This document shows, piece by piece, positions 40,409 to 53,751 of a stretch of DNA of 64,000 bases. The notes below the pieces were generated by a model. It searched no databases and was not told the DNA's origin. It worked only from the letters and a program-made list of their open reading frames with translations. Source of the stretch: Octopus sinensis (Eukaryota); the NCBI RefSeq assembly GCF_006345805.1, contig NC_043017.1, positions 23,436,001-23,500,000 on the forward strand, written 5' to 3'. The position numbers and the translations under genes are program-made. The first letter of the stretch is position 1. The number at the start of each line of letters is the position of its first letter.

Positions 40409-40817
40409 CATGGTTATTGATGAAAGTTTGAAGTTAGTGAGTATATTTTGTGAACATAAAATGCAAACGCAAACGTGTGTATATGTGATCATAACGATAC
40501 CTGAGCTGGTATCTGTCGGTGTTATGTGTGCATCTGATCGCGTATGTATGTGTGTGCGTGTGTAACGAAGTAACCTCGATGCGAGAACCAAGTTTAATAG
40601 TTTTAGACATATTTTTTATACATAGACAGTAAACAAGGCCTTACAAAAAGTAACATATGCTACATGATACATTTGCGATATAAGAGGCAAAACAATTGAC
40701 TAAAAAAAAGGTACGTAGTAAGATAATCTCTGACAGATTGTGTTTTATGCGAAATAGACTGGGATTTTGTGAGAAGAAAAATAATGCGAATGGCTTGAAT
40801 AAATATGACGCATTTAC

Positions 40818-40983
40818 CGTATTTTAAGTGTATAATTCCATGATATGCAATAAAACCAATAATCATAATAAAAGCGACAAATTTTGCATTCTCAACATTG
40901 AGGTAGTGAGTTATTTCGTGTGTAGCAGAAGTGTTTCTGGGCGTCGCGGTGGTTTGTCTGCTGCTACAGTGTGGGTCCGCCAT
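40818..40983 (-). CDS. CASD1: CASD1 exon 1 (start codon; MADPHCSS...EITHYLNVENAKFVAFIMIIGFIAYHGIIHLKY-G)
   Basis: Resembles the CASD1 N-terminal signal-anchor as I recall it (human EINHYFSVRSAKVLALVAVLL...RRYRG). ATG context GGAATGG; donor G|GTAAAT; 166 nt, phase 1; locally CpG-rich. Confidence 0.88.
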
Positions 40984-42420
40984 TCCGCGATGAGCCTCGT
41001 GTTTACGAGTGATCTCCCTTCCCTATCGTTCTTCACTTCATGCTTAACCGGCCTTTTTCCTTTGTATTTAGGATTAAAATTTTTGGTGTCATATACGTTT
41101 ATTTCTTTATAAAATATACAAACAACTACAAAATTGTATAGTCTAACGGCTAGGCAATTCTCAAGAGCAGACATTATTGGGACAAGTGAAATGTAATGGC
41201 TTCCATGCTTGTTTCATTGAGAAATTCGCTTTTTCAGTTAGGTTAGTTGTGGCTATGTGGTAAGCAGTGTGCGTGTCAACCACATGGTTCTGGGTTCAGT
41301 CCCCCTGTGTGACAACTTGGGCAAGTGCTTTCTGCTATAGCCCTGGCCTTACCAAAGCCTTGTGAGAAGATATGGTAGAGGGAAAGCCCGACGTGTGTGT
41401 ATACATACATACATACACACACTTTGATACTTTGATAGGTTTCGGCCATTATTGGCCCAGGCCATGTCTAACTTAATAGCACCATTCATTTCTTTGTGTC
41501 TCCCTGTCTTGACATGTGATAGTTGTAAATGATTACCACCGTGATACAAGCAGTGTCATTCATTTCCAATATTCTCGCAGAATATGTCTGAGGGAATAAT
41601 ACCATGTAAGTGGTCAGTACATGTGCAAAAATTCTGTATATGAACTTTTTGATCAGGAAAAGGACGCTATGTAAATTATGATGTCCTCTGTATTTCCCAC
41701 TAACATTAACAAATACCATAGTTCTGGTTGAATAAAGCATGTTAACACTGATGAATAAGATACTGTACTTATAAAACACAACTCATTTCCCCCATGAAAT
41801 TCCAGGTCCTTCAGGGAACAGTTTTCTGGTGTCTTATCTTTTACTTGTTTCATTCATTGGACTGACCATTCTGGGTTTAGTGAAACAAATCGACAGCAGT
41901 ACTTTGTTTTCTGCTATAAAGCCCGGTACTTAATCTAATAGTCCTTTTTGTGAAACTGCCAAGTTATGGGGACATAAACAAACCAACACCAGTTGCCAAG
42001 CAGTGGTGAAGGACAAACACACACACACACAAAGACACACACAGGCTTCTTTCAGTTTCTGCCTACCAAATCCAGTCACAAGGCTTTGGTCATCCCAGGC
42101 CTACAGAGAGACCCTTGCCTAAGGTGCCACACAGTGGGACTAAACCTGGAATTATGTAGTTGGGAAGCAATGTGTATTTTTCTTATAAATTTTACAAACT
42201 TCTTTGTATTGAAATAGTTATATGGGTGCAGGCATGGTTCTGTAATCCTGGATTGACCAAAACCCTATGAGTGGATTCGGCAGATGGAACTGACAGAAGC
42301 CTGTTGTATGTGTGTGTGTATTCAGTTTATTTCAAGATTTCTTGCCTATAGAAAAAGAGTCAGTTTCTAACCTAGATCCAAGGTTCCTTCATTGGAATTT
42401 CAACATCAACAGGATATTTT

Positions 42421-42745
42421 TGTATGTATGTATGTATGTATGTATGTATGTATGTATGTATGTATGTATGTATGTATGTGTGTGTGTATGTATGTATGTG
42501 TGTATGTATGCATGTATGTATGTATGTGTGTATGTATGTATGTATGTATGTATGTATGTATGTGTGTATGTGTGTATGTATGTATGTGTGTATGTATGTA
42601 TGTATGTATGTGTGTATGTATGTATGTATGTATGTGTGTATGTATGTATGTATGTATGTATGTATGTGTGTATGTATGTATGTATGTATGTATGTGTGTA
42701 TGTATGTATGTGTGTATGTATGTATGTATGTATGTATGTATGTAT
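42421..42745. repeat. (TATG)n/(TG) compound microsatellite
   Basis: Visible directly. Confidence 0.95.
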
Positions 42746-43119
42746 ACATGCAGATTTGTATGTTTTGTTTTATGTATGTATTCTCATGCATATAGTTGCA
42801 TATCTAGACATGCTCATATATACTTAAATATACTTCTTAAATAAACTTCTGGAAGGTTTTACAAATATTTACAGTTCCAGTGGTTTGAATCTGTAGTCTT
42901 CTGTATGTACGTCTGAGTATGTGTCTGTGTGTGTGTCAGTGTATGGGTGTCTTTGTCCTGACATTCTATGATGGTTGTAAACAAGAGTCATTGTGGAAGA
43001 CATGTTTGGCCATGGAGGAAAATTACTTTGCTTGGAAAGAGGTAATGGTTGGTGACAGGAAGGACATCAAGCCACAGAAAATCTTCCTCAACAAATTCAC
43101 CCATGCAGGCATTCTTTTA

Positions 43120-43509
43120 TTCTTTTACTTCTTTCAGTCATTTGACTGTGGCCATGCTGGAGCACCACCTTTAGTCGAGCAAATCGACCCCGGGACTTAT
43201 TCTTTGTAAGCCCAGTACTTATTCTATCAGTCTCTTTTTTGCCGAACCGCTAAGTAACAGGGACGTAAACACACCAGCATCAGTTGTCAAGCAATGCTAG
43301 GGGGACAAACACAGACACACACATACATATATATATATATATACATATATACGACAGGCTTCTTTCAGTTTCCGTCTACCAAATCCACTCACAAGGCATT
43401 GGTCGGCCCGGGGCTATAGCAGAAGACACTTGCCCAAGATGTCACGCAGTGGGACTGAACCCGGAACCATGTGGTTGATAAGCAAGCTACTTACCACACA
43501 GCCACTCCT
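43120..43509 (-). mobile_element. SINE family A
   Basis: Same consensus. Confidence 0.9.
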
Positions 43510-43537
43510 AAATGATAAAATGCTGCTATGTATATTT

Positions 43538-43951
43538 GAGTGGGCGCTGAAAAGTTCCTGGCTTTGGGTAAAAGAAAATACAGGAGGATCAGTTAATTAT
43601 GATTGTCTTCTCCTCTCAGATTTATATATTGCAATCTTTCTAAGCCTTGTAAAAGAACTTGGAAGGTTGGGCCTCCAACCAAGCCTTTCACAGTACCCTT
43701 AACCCTTTAGTGTTCAGATTATTCTATCAAACATAATGCCTATTGATTCCCATTTATTTGAATTAATCATGCATTATCTCATATCTTCAAGATCTTGATG
43801 GTGTAATTACTTATTATAGAATAACATTGTGGGGTAGGTGTGAGAGCCTGGATCTGATCAGTTTAAACATAAAGCAGATTAACTATTTTGGCTGGATATG
43901 GCCGGTTTAAATACTAAAGGGTTAAAGCCAGGAGCTTTTCAGCACCCCCTC
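43538..43951. mobile_element. Mariner-type MITE (right TIR interrupted by a piggyBac MITE)
   Basis: GAGTGGGCGCTGAAAAGTTCCTGGCTTT and AAAGCCAGGAGCTTTTCAGCACCCCCTC form 28-bp TIRs with 3 mismatches. Confidence 0.75.
43703..43921. mobile_element. piggyBac-type MITE P1 nested in a mariner MITE
   Basis: TTAA TSD; 219 bp. Confidence 0.88.
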
Positions 43952-43964
43952 ATATGTATTCTTT

Positions 43965-44358
43965 TCTTTTATTCTTTTACTTGTTTCACTCATTTGACTG
44001 TGGCCATGGTGGAGCACCGCCTTTAATCGAGCAACTCGAACCCTGGACTTATTCTTTTGTAAGCCCAGTACTTATTCGGTCTCTTTTGCCGAACCGCTAA
44101 GTAACAGGGACATAAACACACCAGCATCGGTTGTCAAGCAATGCTAGGGGGACAAACACACACACACACACACACGCATATACATATACACAAACACACA
44201 AATACATATATATATATACATATATACGACGAGCTTCTTTCAGTTTCTGTCTACCAAATCAACTCACAAGGCTTTGGTCGGCCCAAGGCTATAGTAGAAG
44301 ACACTTGTCCAAGATGCCACGTAGTGGGACTGAACCCGGAACCATGTGGTTGGTAAAC
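43965..44358 (-). mobile_element. SINE family A, 5'-truncated
   Basis: Same consensus; ends at GGTTGGTAAACAA. Confidence 0.88.
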
Positions 44359-44616
44359 AACTCAAAATGAACAGTACTATCATCAGGGTGGCTGTGGAAA
44401 ATTTTATATGGTTATAGGAAACAAAAGAATTATATGGGGACAACAACAGATACATCTTTTAGTTGCTCTAAGTATAAAAATATTTTCAATTTTTATTTTG
44501 TTTGCATATCATCTTTAAATATTAGTGATCGAAATGTTTTGACATTGCATATTGTAGTGATGAAATGGTTTCTCTGCATGTTGTCTCTTAATAGTGATTC
44601 ATTTTGGTAGCATATT

Positions 44617-44975
44617 TTTAGCGTCCGCTTTCCATGCTAGCATGGGTTGGACGGTGCAACTGGGGTCTGGGGAGCCAGAAGGCTGCACCAGGCCCAGTCT
44701 GATCTGGCAGTGTTTCTACAGCTGGATGCCCTTCCTAACATCAACCACTCCATGAGTGTAGGGGGTGCTTTTTACGTGCCACCGGCACAGGTGCCAGACG
44801 AGGCTGGCAAACAGCCACGATCGGACGGTGCTTTTCACATGCCACCGGCACGGAAGCCAGTCGGGGTGGCGCTGGCAATGGCCACGTTCAAATGGCTTTC
44901 TTATGTGCCACCAGCACTGGTATCACAGCTATAATTTCCATTGATGCTGATCGATTTTGATTTTGATTTTGATTT
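44617..44975 (-). mobile_element. RTE-tail element (family R)
   Basis: Same consensus. Confidence 0.88.
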
Positions 44976-45695
44976 TCAAATCATGGCTAGTAATTGAGTA
45001 ATTGAGTAACATTCAAAGTGTTCAGAAAAGAGAGAGTACAATAGTTTAAAGGAGCATGATGAGTACTGAACTACAAAAAAAAAATTAAATAACGGGATGA
45101 TAAGGGACGATGTTCTTGATGGGAAACATTGAATAGTACTTATGCTATTTTGCTGTTGAAAGGAACAAGATTGGTATGGCTCTACTGGAGGTTGCTTTTG
45201 AAGTTTCCACTCATGAAATTGGTAAAGGTTTGACATTGTCAGGATGTACATGGTTGGGCAAGATTAGGGAGGTGCAAAGAATCATATGATTTATGAAACA
45301 ACAAGCATTATTAGACATCATGGCAAGTAGATTGTTGATGTAAGAAAGCAGGAGACAGAACTGAATCATATCACACAGCAGAGTGACAGAGTGTGAGACA
45401 AAAAGAGCTCTGTCAACACACTCCACGAAAGGCTAGAGACATAGAGAGCCCGTGGGTGGGACTGGTGTGAGGTTTTGACAAGAGATTTGCATACATGACA
45501 TAAATGAAAGCTTTGCTGATGTCTTGGGCAACAACATTACTTCCTCTCCTCTTTCATCTTTTTTATCATTTTAGTTGTTCTATGTAAATATAATCCTCAT
45601 AATCTGAAATTGGTTTGATAAGTGCCAATGAATGAAACTCTTGACCCTCGAGTCACTCTAACTTTTGCTGATTAATAACACACACACACATATAC

Positions 45696-46097
45696 TCTTA
45701 CTCTTTTACTCTTTTACTTGTTTCAGTCATTTGACTGCGGCCATGCTGGAGCACCGCCTTTAGTCGAGCAAATCGATCCCGGGACTTATTCTTTGTAAGC
45801 CCAGTACTTATTCTATCGGTCTCTTTTGCCGAACCGCTAAGTGACGGGGATGTAAACACACCAGCATCGGTTGTCAAGCAATGCTAGGGGGACAAACACA
45901 GACACACACACTTATATATATATATACATATATACGACAGGCTTCTTTCAGTTTCCGTCTACCAAATCCACTCACAAGGCATTGGTCGGCCCGGGGCTAT
46001 AGCAGAAGACACTTGCCCAAGATGCCACGCAGTGGGACTGAACCTGGAACCATGTGGTTGGTTAGCAAGCTACTTACCACACAGCCACTCCTGCGCC

Positions 46098-46098
<1 letters not shown>
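45696..46098 (-). mobile_element. SINE family A, full length, followed by (AAT)n
   Basis: Same consensus. Confidence 0.9.
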
Positions 46099-46139
<41 letters not shown>

Positions 46140-46153
46140 AAAAAATTAGATAT

Positions 46154-46185
<32 letters not shown>

Positions 46186-47104
46186 ATCTAGTTTATATAT
46201 ATATATATATACATATATACACAGACACACACACACACACATACATATATACATACACGCATGATGGGCTTCTTCCAGTTTCCATGTACCAATTCCACTC
46301 ACAGGCCTTTGGCTGACCCAGGGCTTATAATAGAAGACACTTGTTTAAGGTGCCATGCACATATATACAAACCTATTTTAGTATTTACCTTACATGTCAG
46401 TTTATCCATTTCAGTTCACTCTCTGAACTTCATGAGAAGACTTTAACAAGTATTGAGTACTTTATTGAACAATGGTCTTCTTAGTTTTATAACCAAGTTT
46501 ACACACACACACGCACACGTGCGCACACACACACACCCCAATGTGTCTGCTTTTTGTTTGCTTGGCATCAATTGTCTTCTTTACCTTACTGAAGACAGTA
46601 GTGATTTTAAAAAATATAAAATGGATAACAAATAATTAAGTTCTTAAAACATAGGCCTCTGTGTATCAATTTATTTGAATTACAGTATCCAGACGATAGA
46701 AAAGTTTATAAATTCCTCAAGTGTTGGTTGCAAACGTGTCAAAACAGGACAAGATCACCAACATGACATTTGTCGAATCATGACTGCATTAAACTAGATT
46801 TTTATTATTTTATTAAAATTAATTTCCAGAATTTGTTTCATCGATCTTCGTCGTCTCAATCGATAAATATTATGCAATGAAGTGATTGTATTTGGATAAG
46901 TCCTTATTCTGGGCAAGAGAAGTGAATTTTCCTTTATTTTCTTCTTTTTCACATACATAGGCAAAGAGATAAACACATCACATCAGATGATTCTACACCT
47001 GACATAACTAATCCAAAATCATAGCCATGTGTTGAGAGGGATTCTTTGGGGTTTGAATAATTCACTTCTGGAAACATGGGTGTTTCGTTCAACATCCTTA
47101 AACA

Positions 47105-48162
47105 ACCCTTATTCTTTCTATTATAGGCACAAGGCCTGATATTTGAGGGTGGGGGTAAGTCAATTACATCGACCCCAGTACGCATCTGGTACTTATTTTA
47201 TCGATCTCGAAAGGATGAAAAGCAAAGTCAATCCCGGCGGAATTTGAACTCACAGCGTAAAGACAAACGAAATACCTATTTCTTTTCTACCCACAAGGAG
47301 AGGACAAACAAGGACAGACAAACGGATTAAGTCGATTATATCGACCCCAGTGCGTAACTGGTACTTATTTAATCGACTCCGAAAGGATAAAAGGCAAAGT
47401 CGACCTCGGCGGAATTTGAATTCAGAACGTAGCGGCAGACGAAATATGGCTACGCATTTCGCCCGGCAAATTCAATTGCGGATCGCGGTCAAAGGGAGAC
47501 AATCCCTTGTAATTGAAGTCTTTTCCTCCCCCATTTTCTAGAGATACCTATTTCTTTACTACCCAAAAGGGGCTAAACACAGAGGGGACAAACAAGGACA
47601 GAGAATTCGCCCGGGCAGCTCGCCGAATGAATACTACTACTACTACTAATAATAATAAATCTCTGAACGAGATGTACTAATAATAATAATCCTTTCTACT
47701 ATAGGTACAAAGCCTGAAATTTTAGGGGAAGGGGCCCATCGATTAGATCGAACCCAGTACACAACTGTTACTTAATTTATCGACCCTAAAAGGGATGAAA
47801 GACAAAGTCGATTCCGGTGGTATTTGAACTCAGAACGTTAAAACTGATTCCATTCGGCGTGCTAACTAAATACCGCTAAACATTTCGCCCGGCGCGCTAA
47901 CGTTTCTACCAGCTCGCCGCCTTAATAAATATATATTTCTTTATTATCCACAAGGGGCTAAACACAGAGGGGACAAACAAGGACAGACAAAGGGATTAAG
48001 TCGATTACAACGACCCAGTGCGTAACTGGTACTTAATTTATCGACCCCGAAAGGATGAAAGGCAAATTCGACCTCAGCGGAATTTGAACTCAGGACGTAA
48101 CGACAGTCGAAATACCGCTAAGCATTTCGCCCGGCGCGCTAACGATTCTGCCAGCTCGCCGC
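47105..48162 (-). mobile_element. Train of 4-5 family B SINE copies or fragments, head-to-tail
   Basis: Repeated CGACCCCAGT/GGATGAAAG/AATTTGAACTC/CAGCTCGCC blocks on minus. Confidence 0.85.
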
Positions 48163-48264
48163 AACACCCAAAGTACTTTTCGTTTCTCCAAGACGAAACC
48201 TCGCTCAGCGGACGATCCAAAGGACATAACTCTTGATGACACCAGAATAATAAACCCAACCATC

Positions 48265-48278
48265 ATGGCGCACAGACT
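48265..48278 (+). CDS. MRPL23: MRPL23 exon 1 (ATG GCG CAC AGA CT; MAHR-L)
   Basis: Context CATCATGG; donor CT|GTAAGT; phase 2 joins exon 2 in frame; CpG-rich setting. Confidence 0.8.
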
Positions 48279-48619
48279 GTAAGTAAAATCGCTTCAACAA
48301 CATATTCTGGGCCATTTATAATAATCTTGACAGCCACATTGACATTTTCGCATCCTTTACTTCCATATAGTCCTAAATTGTTGTGAAATTTTTCTTAAGA
48401 ATGGATGGCGCATATGGTTATGCTTTGTCGATCATCGAAATGGTCGTTAGTTTTCATTTCCAAAGCAAAAGACAAAAATCTCCTCTTAACCCTCCTGGTT
48501 TATTTATCTCTCGTTTACCTAATATTTAATAACAGTCTGCTTCCATCGCTAATAACTAATATATATATATATATATATACAATTAAAACTAAGGGTGTCT
48601 GAGAGACACCACCATGCCG

Positions 48620-48702
48620 AAATAGCAGTCAAAACCCTGACTTTAAAAACCACGTTAAATGTTCGTATTATCCTTATTATAAATAAATGAATAAATAAAT
48701 AA

Positions 48703-48776
<74 letters not shown>

Positions 48777-48831
48777 AGGATAATATGAACATTTAACGTG
48801 GTTTTTAAAGTCAGGGTTTTGACTGCTATTT
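48620..48831. repeat. 61-bp inverted repeat (1 mismatch) around a (TAAA)/(TA)n spacer
   Basis: 48620-48680 is the reverse complement of 48771-48831. Confidence 0.93.
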
Positions 48832-50919
48832 ATATAACACACACACACATACACACATAAGCATACATATGTGCGTATGTTTACTCAAACATACAACGTT
48901 TATTATATTTGTAAAGTAATATACTTTCTCTGTAGATCTAAAAGATCCCATATAAATACCCTTAAACAACGAAGGACACACATTAGGTTAATGTAGACCC
49001 CCATGCACTTATAGGTCAGCACAGGAGTGCTTTTCATATAAAACAATAATAATAAACACTATCCCAAGTGATATTCATTCGAAATCTTATCCTGATGATA
49101 TTAGGGGTCAGGCCTATATCTTAAGTAAATACTCTTTTATATAAATAAAGACAACGATGAAAAAATATCCTAATTCTTTAAAACAAGATCAGGGGATTTG
49201 AATGTCTCTACATCAAGTTTACCGTGTTTTGCCGTATTCAATTATCTTAACTAAATTTCCTTTATGCTGTCCGAAATTAGCAGAACAAGGTTACAGTTCA
49301 TGGAATCGACGATGATATCGCTTTAGGTCGATCGAAGAATTGTATAAGACAAAATAGTCACTCGGTTTACCAGAAATAGAAGTCAAATTTTCATCAAGTC
49401 ATTCATTACCGTCTTAAAATATAAGGACTGTTAAAGAAAATGTAGTTTTAGAAACATTGCGGCTGAAAGCTGGATAGGGTGGCCACTTCTAAAACCCCTT
49501 GGGTCATTTGTCAGGGCTGACTTGGATCCAAACCATAACTCATACTCAGTATGAAAATGTTTATGCAGTCGCTCGACCCATTACGAATAAGAGCTAAATC
49601 TCCCCCAGATCATACCTTATTGTCTTAAACAAAGCAAAGTACGTTTTGGGCTTCTAAAAAAAAACTGGATGATCGCAGTTCTTCTTCACCAGGACAAACT
49701 TGGAACTAAACAGCACAACAAAGCTATTTTACGATCTAAAACACTGTTTAGTTGATTAGTTGGTGTGGTATTTTGTATTTTCTGAATTGATATGATACGT
49801 GCCAGTTATATTCTGGAGTCAGGTATAATCCACTATAATCCTTATAATTTTGTATATGACTGTCACGATGGTGTTTAATTATTTCATTTGTCATGTCCAG
49901 ACGAAGGAGTGATATCTGTGGCTTTTACAAGCCTTCTGCGTATATGTTATTTTATGCAGCTCATGTTAAGGCCTTCTGCAATATATATGGAAAGTGTTCA
50001 AATATTTTAGAGTGTCATTTTAAAGTTATATGAACTACTGGCCAATATAAATATATGTGTGACTGTGTGATCATCATCATCATCATCCATTGTCCGTGCT
50101 GGCATGGGTTGGATGGTTTGACCAGGGCTGGTAAGCTGAGGTGCTGCATCAGGATCCAGTCTGATTTGGCGGCTGGATGTTCTTCCTAATGCCAACCACT
50201 CCAAGAGTATAATGGGTGCTTTTATGTGCCACCGGCATGGGTGCCAGTTACATGACACCAGTATTTGCCATGATTACAATTTCACTTGACTTGATGGATC
50301 TTCCTTCTCAAGCACAGCATATTGCCAAAGGTCTCGGTCATTTGTTATTACCTCCGTGAGTCCCAGTGCTTGAAAGGTGTTTTTTTATGTGCCACTGGCA
50401 TAGGTGCTAATTATGCAACACTGGCACTGGCCACATTGCCTTCATGAGGCCCAACACTCAAAAGGTACTTTTTACATACCACTTACTGACAACAGCCACA
50501 ACTATGATTTCAGTTGGCTTGACAGGTCTTCACAAGCACAGCGTACCACCAAAGGTTTCAGTAACTAGTCATTGCCTCCATGAGGCCCAATGTTCAAAGA
50601 CCATTCTTCACTACCTCATCCTATATCTTCCTGGGAGAAGAAGCTCCAGTATTTCATCACCATCTTTCTAAACAAATTCAGTAACAATGCCATCATTCCC
50701 AGGGGCTTTCTTGATGTTCATCAATTTTACAGTTACAAGTGGATTACCAAACAGATGGGTCACAGGAGCCTGTGCAAGCCCTCTGATTTTTGATCTTATA
50801 TGTGCATGTATATACATACATACATACATTTATCCATTCGCTCATTCATCTATCAGCATCTATCAATCCATCAATCATATAATGTTATTTAAATTGTACA
50901 TTTGTTTACCTTGATGTAG

Positions 50920-51069
50920 GCCCTTATGGAAACAGTCTATTCCTAAGTTTCCAGTATACTGGCAAGGCAATCCACAACGCTATTTATTTCTTCCACAATT
51001 TTGGATGAAAATGGTAAAACCAAAAGGAAAAGTTCCACCTAACAGAGTTCATTTCATTGTACATCCACA
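50920..51069 (+). CDS. MRPL23: MRPL23 exon 2 (PLWKQSIPKFPVYWQGNPQRYLFLPQFWMKMVKPKGKVPPNRVHFIVHP-Q)
   Basis: Acceptor TTGATGTAG|G, donor CA|GTAAGT; 150 nt. Matches the uL23m N-terminus ([25 protein letters not shown]). Confidence 0.92.
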
Positions 51070-51331
51070 GTAAGTATAGTTTTTCTTCCTCTGTTTCAAA
51101 GTCTCTCAGAAATTGATTAGCAGAAACAATAACCACTACTTTTATAATATTGATTGATAAGCAGATTGAAGGACAAAACATCTGTTTTTAATGAAAAAAA
51201 AAAGAAAATTCTTGGTTGCTTCAATAGTATGAACATATTTCAGCTTTTCTAGCCAAGGGCACTAAAATGTGGTTATGCATATGTTAGAAGTAGCAGCCAA
51301 GTCTCCCTCAAATCACACCTTACAAACTTAA

Positions 51332-51552
51332 CCCTTTATCATTTAAACCGGCCATATCCAGCCAAAAGTATTCAACCTGTTTTATGTTCAAACAGGCCAG
51401 ATCTGGTCTCTCACACCAACCCTACAATATCATTTGAAAAATGAACAGCTACTTCATCAAAATCTCATAGCTACAAGATAATGCCTGATTAGTTCAAAAT
51501 AATGTGGATCAAAAAGGATTAATTTTGGCAGAATAATGTGAACACTAAAGGG
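51332..51552. mobile_element. piggyBac-type MITE, P1-like
   Basis: TTAA|CCCTTTA...TAAAGGG|TTAA. Confidence 0.82.
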
Positions 51553-52389
51553 TTAAAGGAAGAACGCATTGAACAATGCAGTCCTTGATATAAAACATGA
51601 TAGGATAACCAAGGCTGGAATGCTTTTAAGTCTGTTCAATCAGGATTGACCTAGCTTTAAACAATAACTATCTCCTTCAATCATGTAGAGCACTCCTTTG
51701 TTGGTTCATTCATTGTCATCATTTAGCATCCACCATTCCATGCTTGCATGGGTCAGGTGGATTTTATTGAGGCAGATTTTCTATAGCCGGATGCCCTTCC
51801 TGTTACCAACCGTCATCTGTTTCCAAACACTTCAAACTGGACTACCAGTCAGAAGTCCAAGATGTATAATTTCCATGAAATATGGTGTTTAGTTGACAAG
51901 CTGTGGAGATCCCTGAGCCAGTTACCTAACTTGATTTTGTTTCCCTGTTTGTAGCTATTCAGTGTCTGTTCCATACTGAAACACTTTTGGGAAAGGTATG
52001 AATGTCACAACTTCTATTCATCTATACCATGAAGTCAGTACTGATGATCAGGAATAGGCAGGCAGAAAACAGGTGCTTAATTTCATTTCAGTATAGAAGT
52101 TTGGAAATGAACAACATCACTTGTATGACAATGATGTCATAAATAATGTCAAGACTTGGTCATACACACACACACCACACACACACCACACACACACACA
52201 CACACCACACACACATGTGATGGGACCCATGACCTTGTTTCAGATCAGATGAAGAGAAAGTGAAAGTAAGTTGAGGGTGTTCTACTTTGCATTCCTGACA
52301 TTAAAACCAAGTAAGACAAAAAGGAAACTGCTTCTCCAATACGTCATTTTCCCCCAAGTCACCTGTTTTCTCTGTTCTTTATTTTGCAG

Positions 52390-52472
52390 AATGAGTAAAA
52401 TTGATATAAGAAACTATTTAGAGAAGATCTATAAAGTCCCGGTAGTATCTGTTTCGACGAGAACCCATGAAG
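52390..52472 (+). CDS. MRPL23: MRPL23 exon 3 (MSKIDIRNYLEKIYKVPVVSVSTRTHE-G)
   Basis: Acceptor ATTTTGCAG|A, donor GAAG|GTGAGA; 83 nt. L23 signature MTRVDLRNYLEGIYNVPV. Confidence 0.95.
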
Positions 52473-53204
52473 GTGAGATCATCCTGATTATCATTAACGT
52501 TTTAATGTCTACTTGCCTATACTTGCAAAGGTCAGATGAGAGTACATTGGGTCAGAGTTTTCAACAACTGGAAGCTCTTTCTGTCACCAACCCCACCTGT
52601 TTTCAAAAGTAATAATCGCACATTCTGTTGGACAACAAACATCCAGGACATGCTTTCATGGTGGACAGCAAGCAAATGACACTACCAGGAAAACATTGTT
52701 TACAAACAATCATCATCATCATTGTTCAACCGTAGTCGAGACAATGGAATTTACTATGTTACGCCAGACTTCACGGTCCATCATAGCATTACGGAGGTCC
52801 TGTTGCTGGATGCCTGTATCCTACAAACAAGTGAATGCAAGGAAAATATGAACTCACTCGCTCACTCACATACATTCATGATAGGCTTCTTTTCAGTTTC
52901 TGTCTACCATATCCACTTAAAGGCTCTGGTTGGCCCAGGGCTAAAGTAGAAGGCACTTGTTCAAGATGCTGTGGACTGGATCTGAACCCAGAACCATATG
53001 GTTGGGAAGTGAGCTTCTTGATGACACAGTCATAACTGTTTTATATATATATATATTCTTTTCTACTCTAGGCACAAGGCCCAAAATTTTTTTGGGGATG
53101 GGGCCAGTCGATTAGATCAACCTCAGTATGCTGCAGGTACTTAATTTATCAACAGTTATACTACTACAAATTATTTATATATATATATATATATATATTC
53201 TTTT

Positions 53205-53408
53205 TTTCTTTTACTTGTTTTAGTCATTTGACTAAACACCACCCTTAGTCGAATGAATCGACTCCACGACTTATTCTTTGTAAGCCTAGTACTTATTCTA
53301 TCAGTCTCTTTTGCTGAACCTCTAGGTTACGGGGACGTAAACACACCAGCATCTGTTGTCAAGCGATGTTAGGGGAACAAACAGAAACACAAACATACAT
53401 ACATACAT

Positions 53409-53439
<31 letters not shown>

Positions 53440-53600
53440 CACAACGGGCTTCTTTCAGTTTCCATCTAACAAATCCACTTACAAAGCTTTGGTCAGCCTG
53501 AGGCTATAGTAGAACACACTTGCCCAAGGTGCCATGCAGTGGAACTGAACCCAGAACCATGCGGTTGGGAAGCAAGCTACTTACCACACACCCACTTCTG
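53205..53600 (-). mobile_element. SINE family A
   Basis: Same consensus. Confidence 0.85.
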
Positions 53601-53751
53601 TATGTATATTCACAACAGTAGATTGGTGATTGTTGAATAATGCTTCATTATATTTCTTCTGACTCTTTACATTCTGAGTTCAAAGGTCAACTTTGCCTTT
53701 CACCCTTTTGGAGTTGATAAAATATATCAAGCACAGTGGGGTGATGGTGCG

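Noticed and set aside
42312-42844. Four overlapping ORFs of 123-171 aa (CMYV/HTYI repeats)
   Set aside because: (TATG)n microsatellite.
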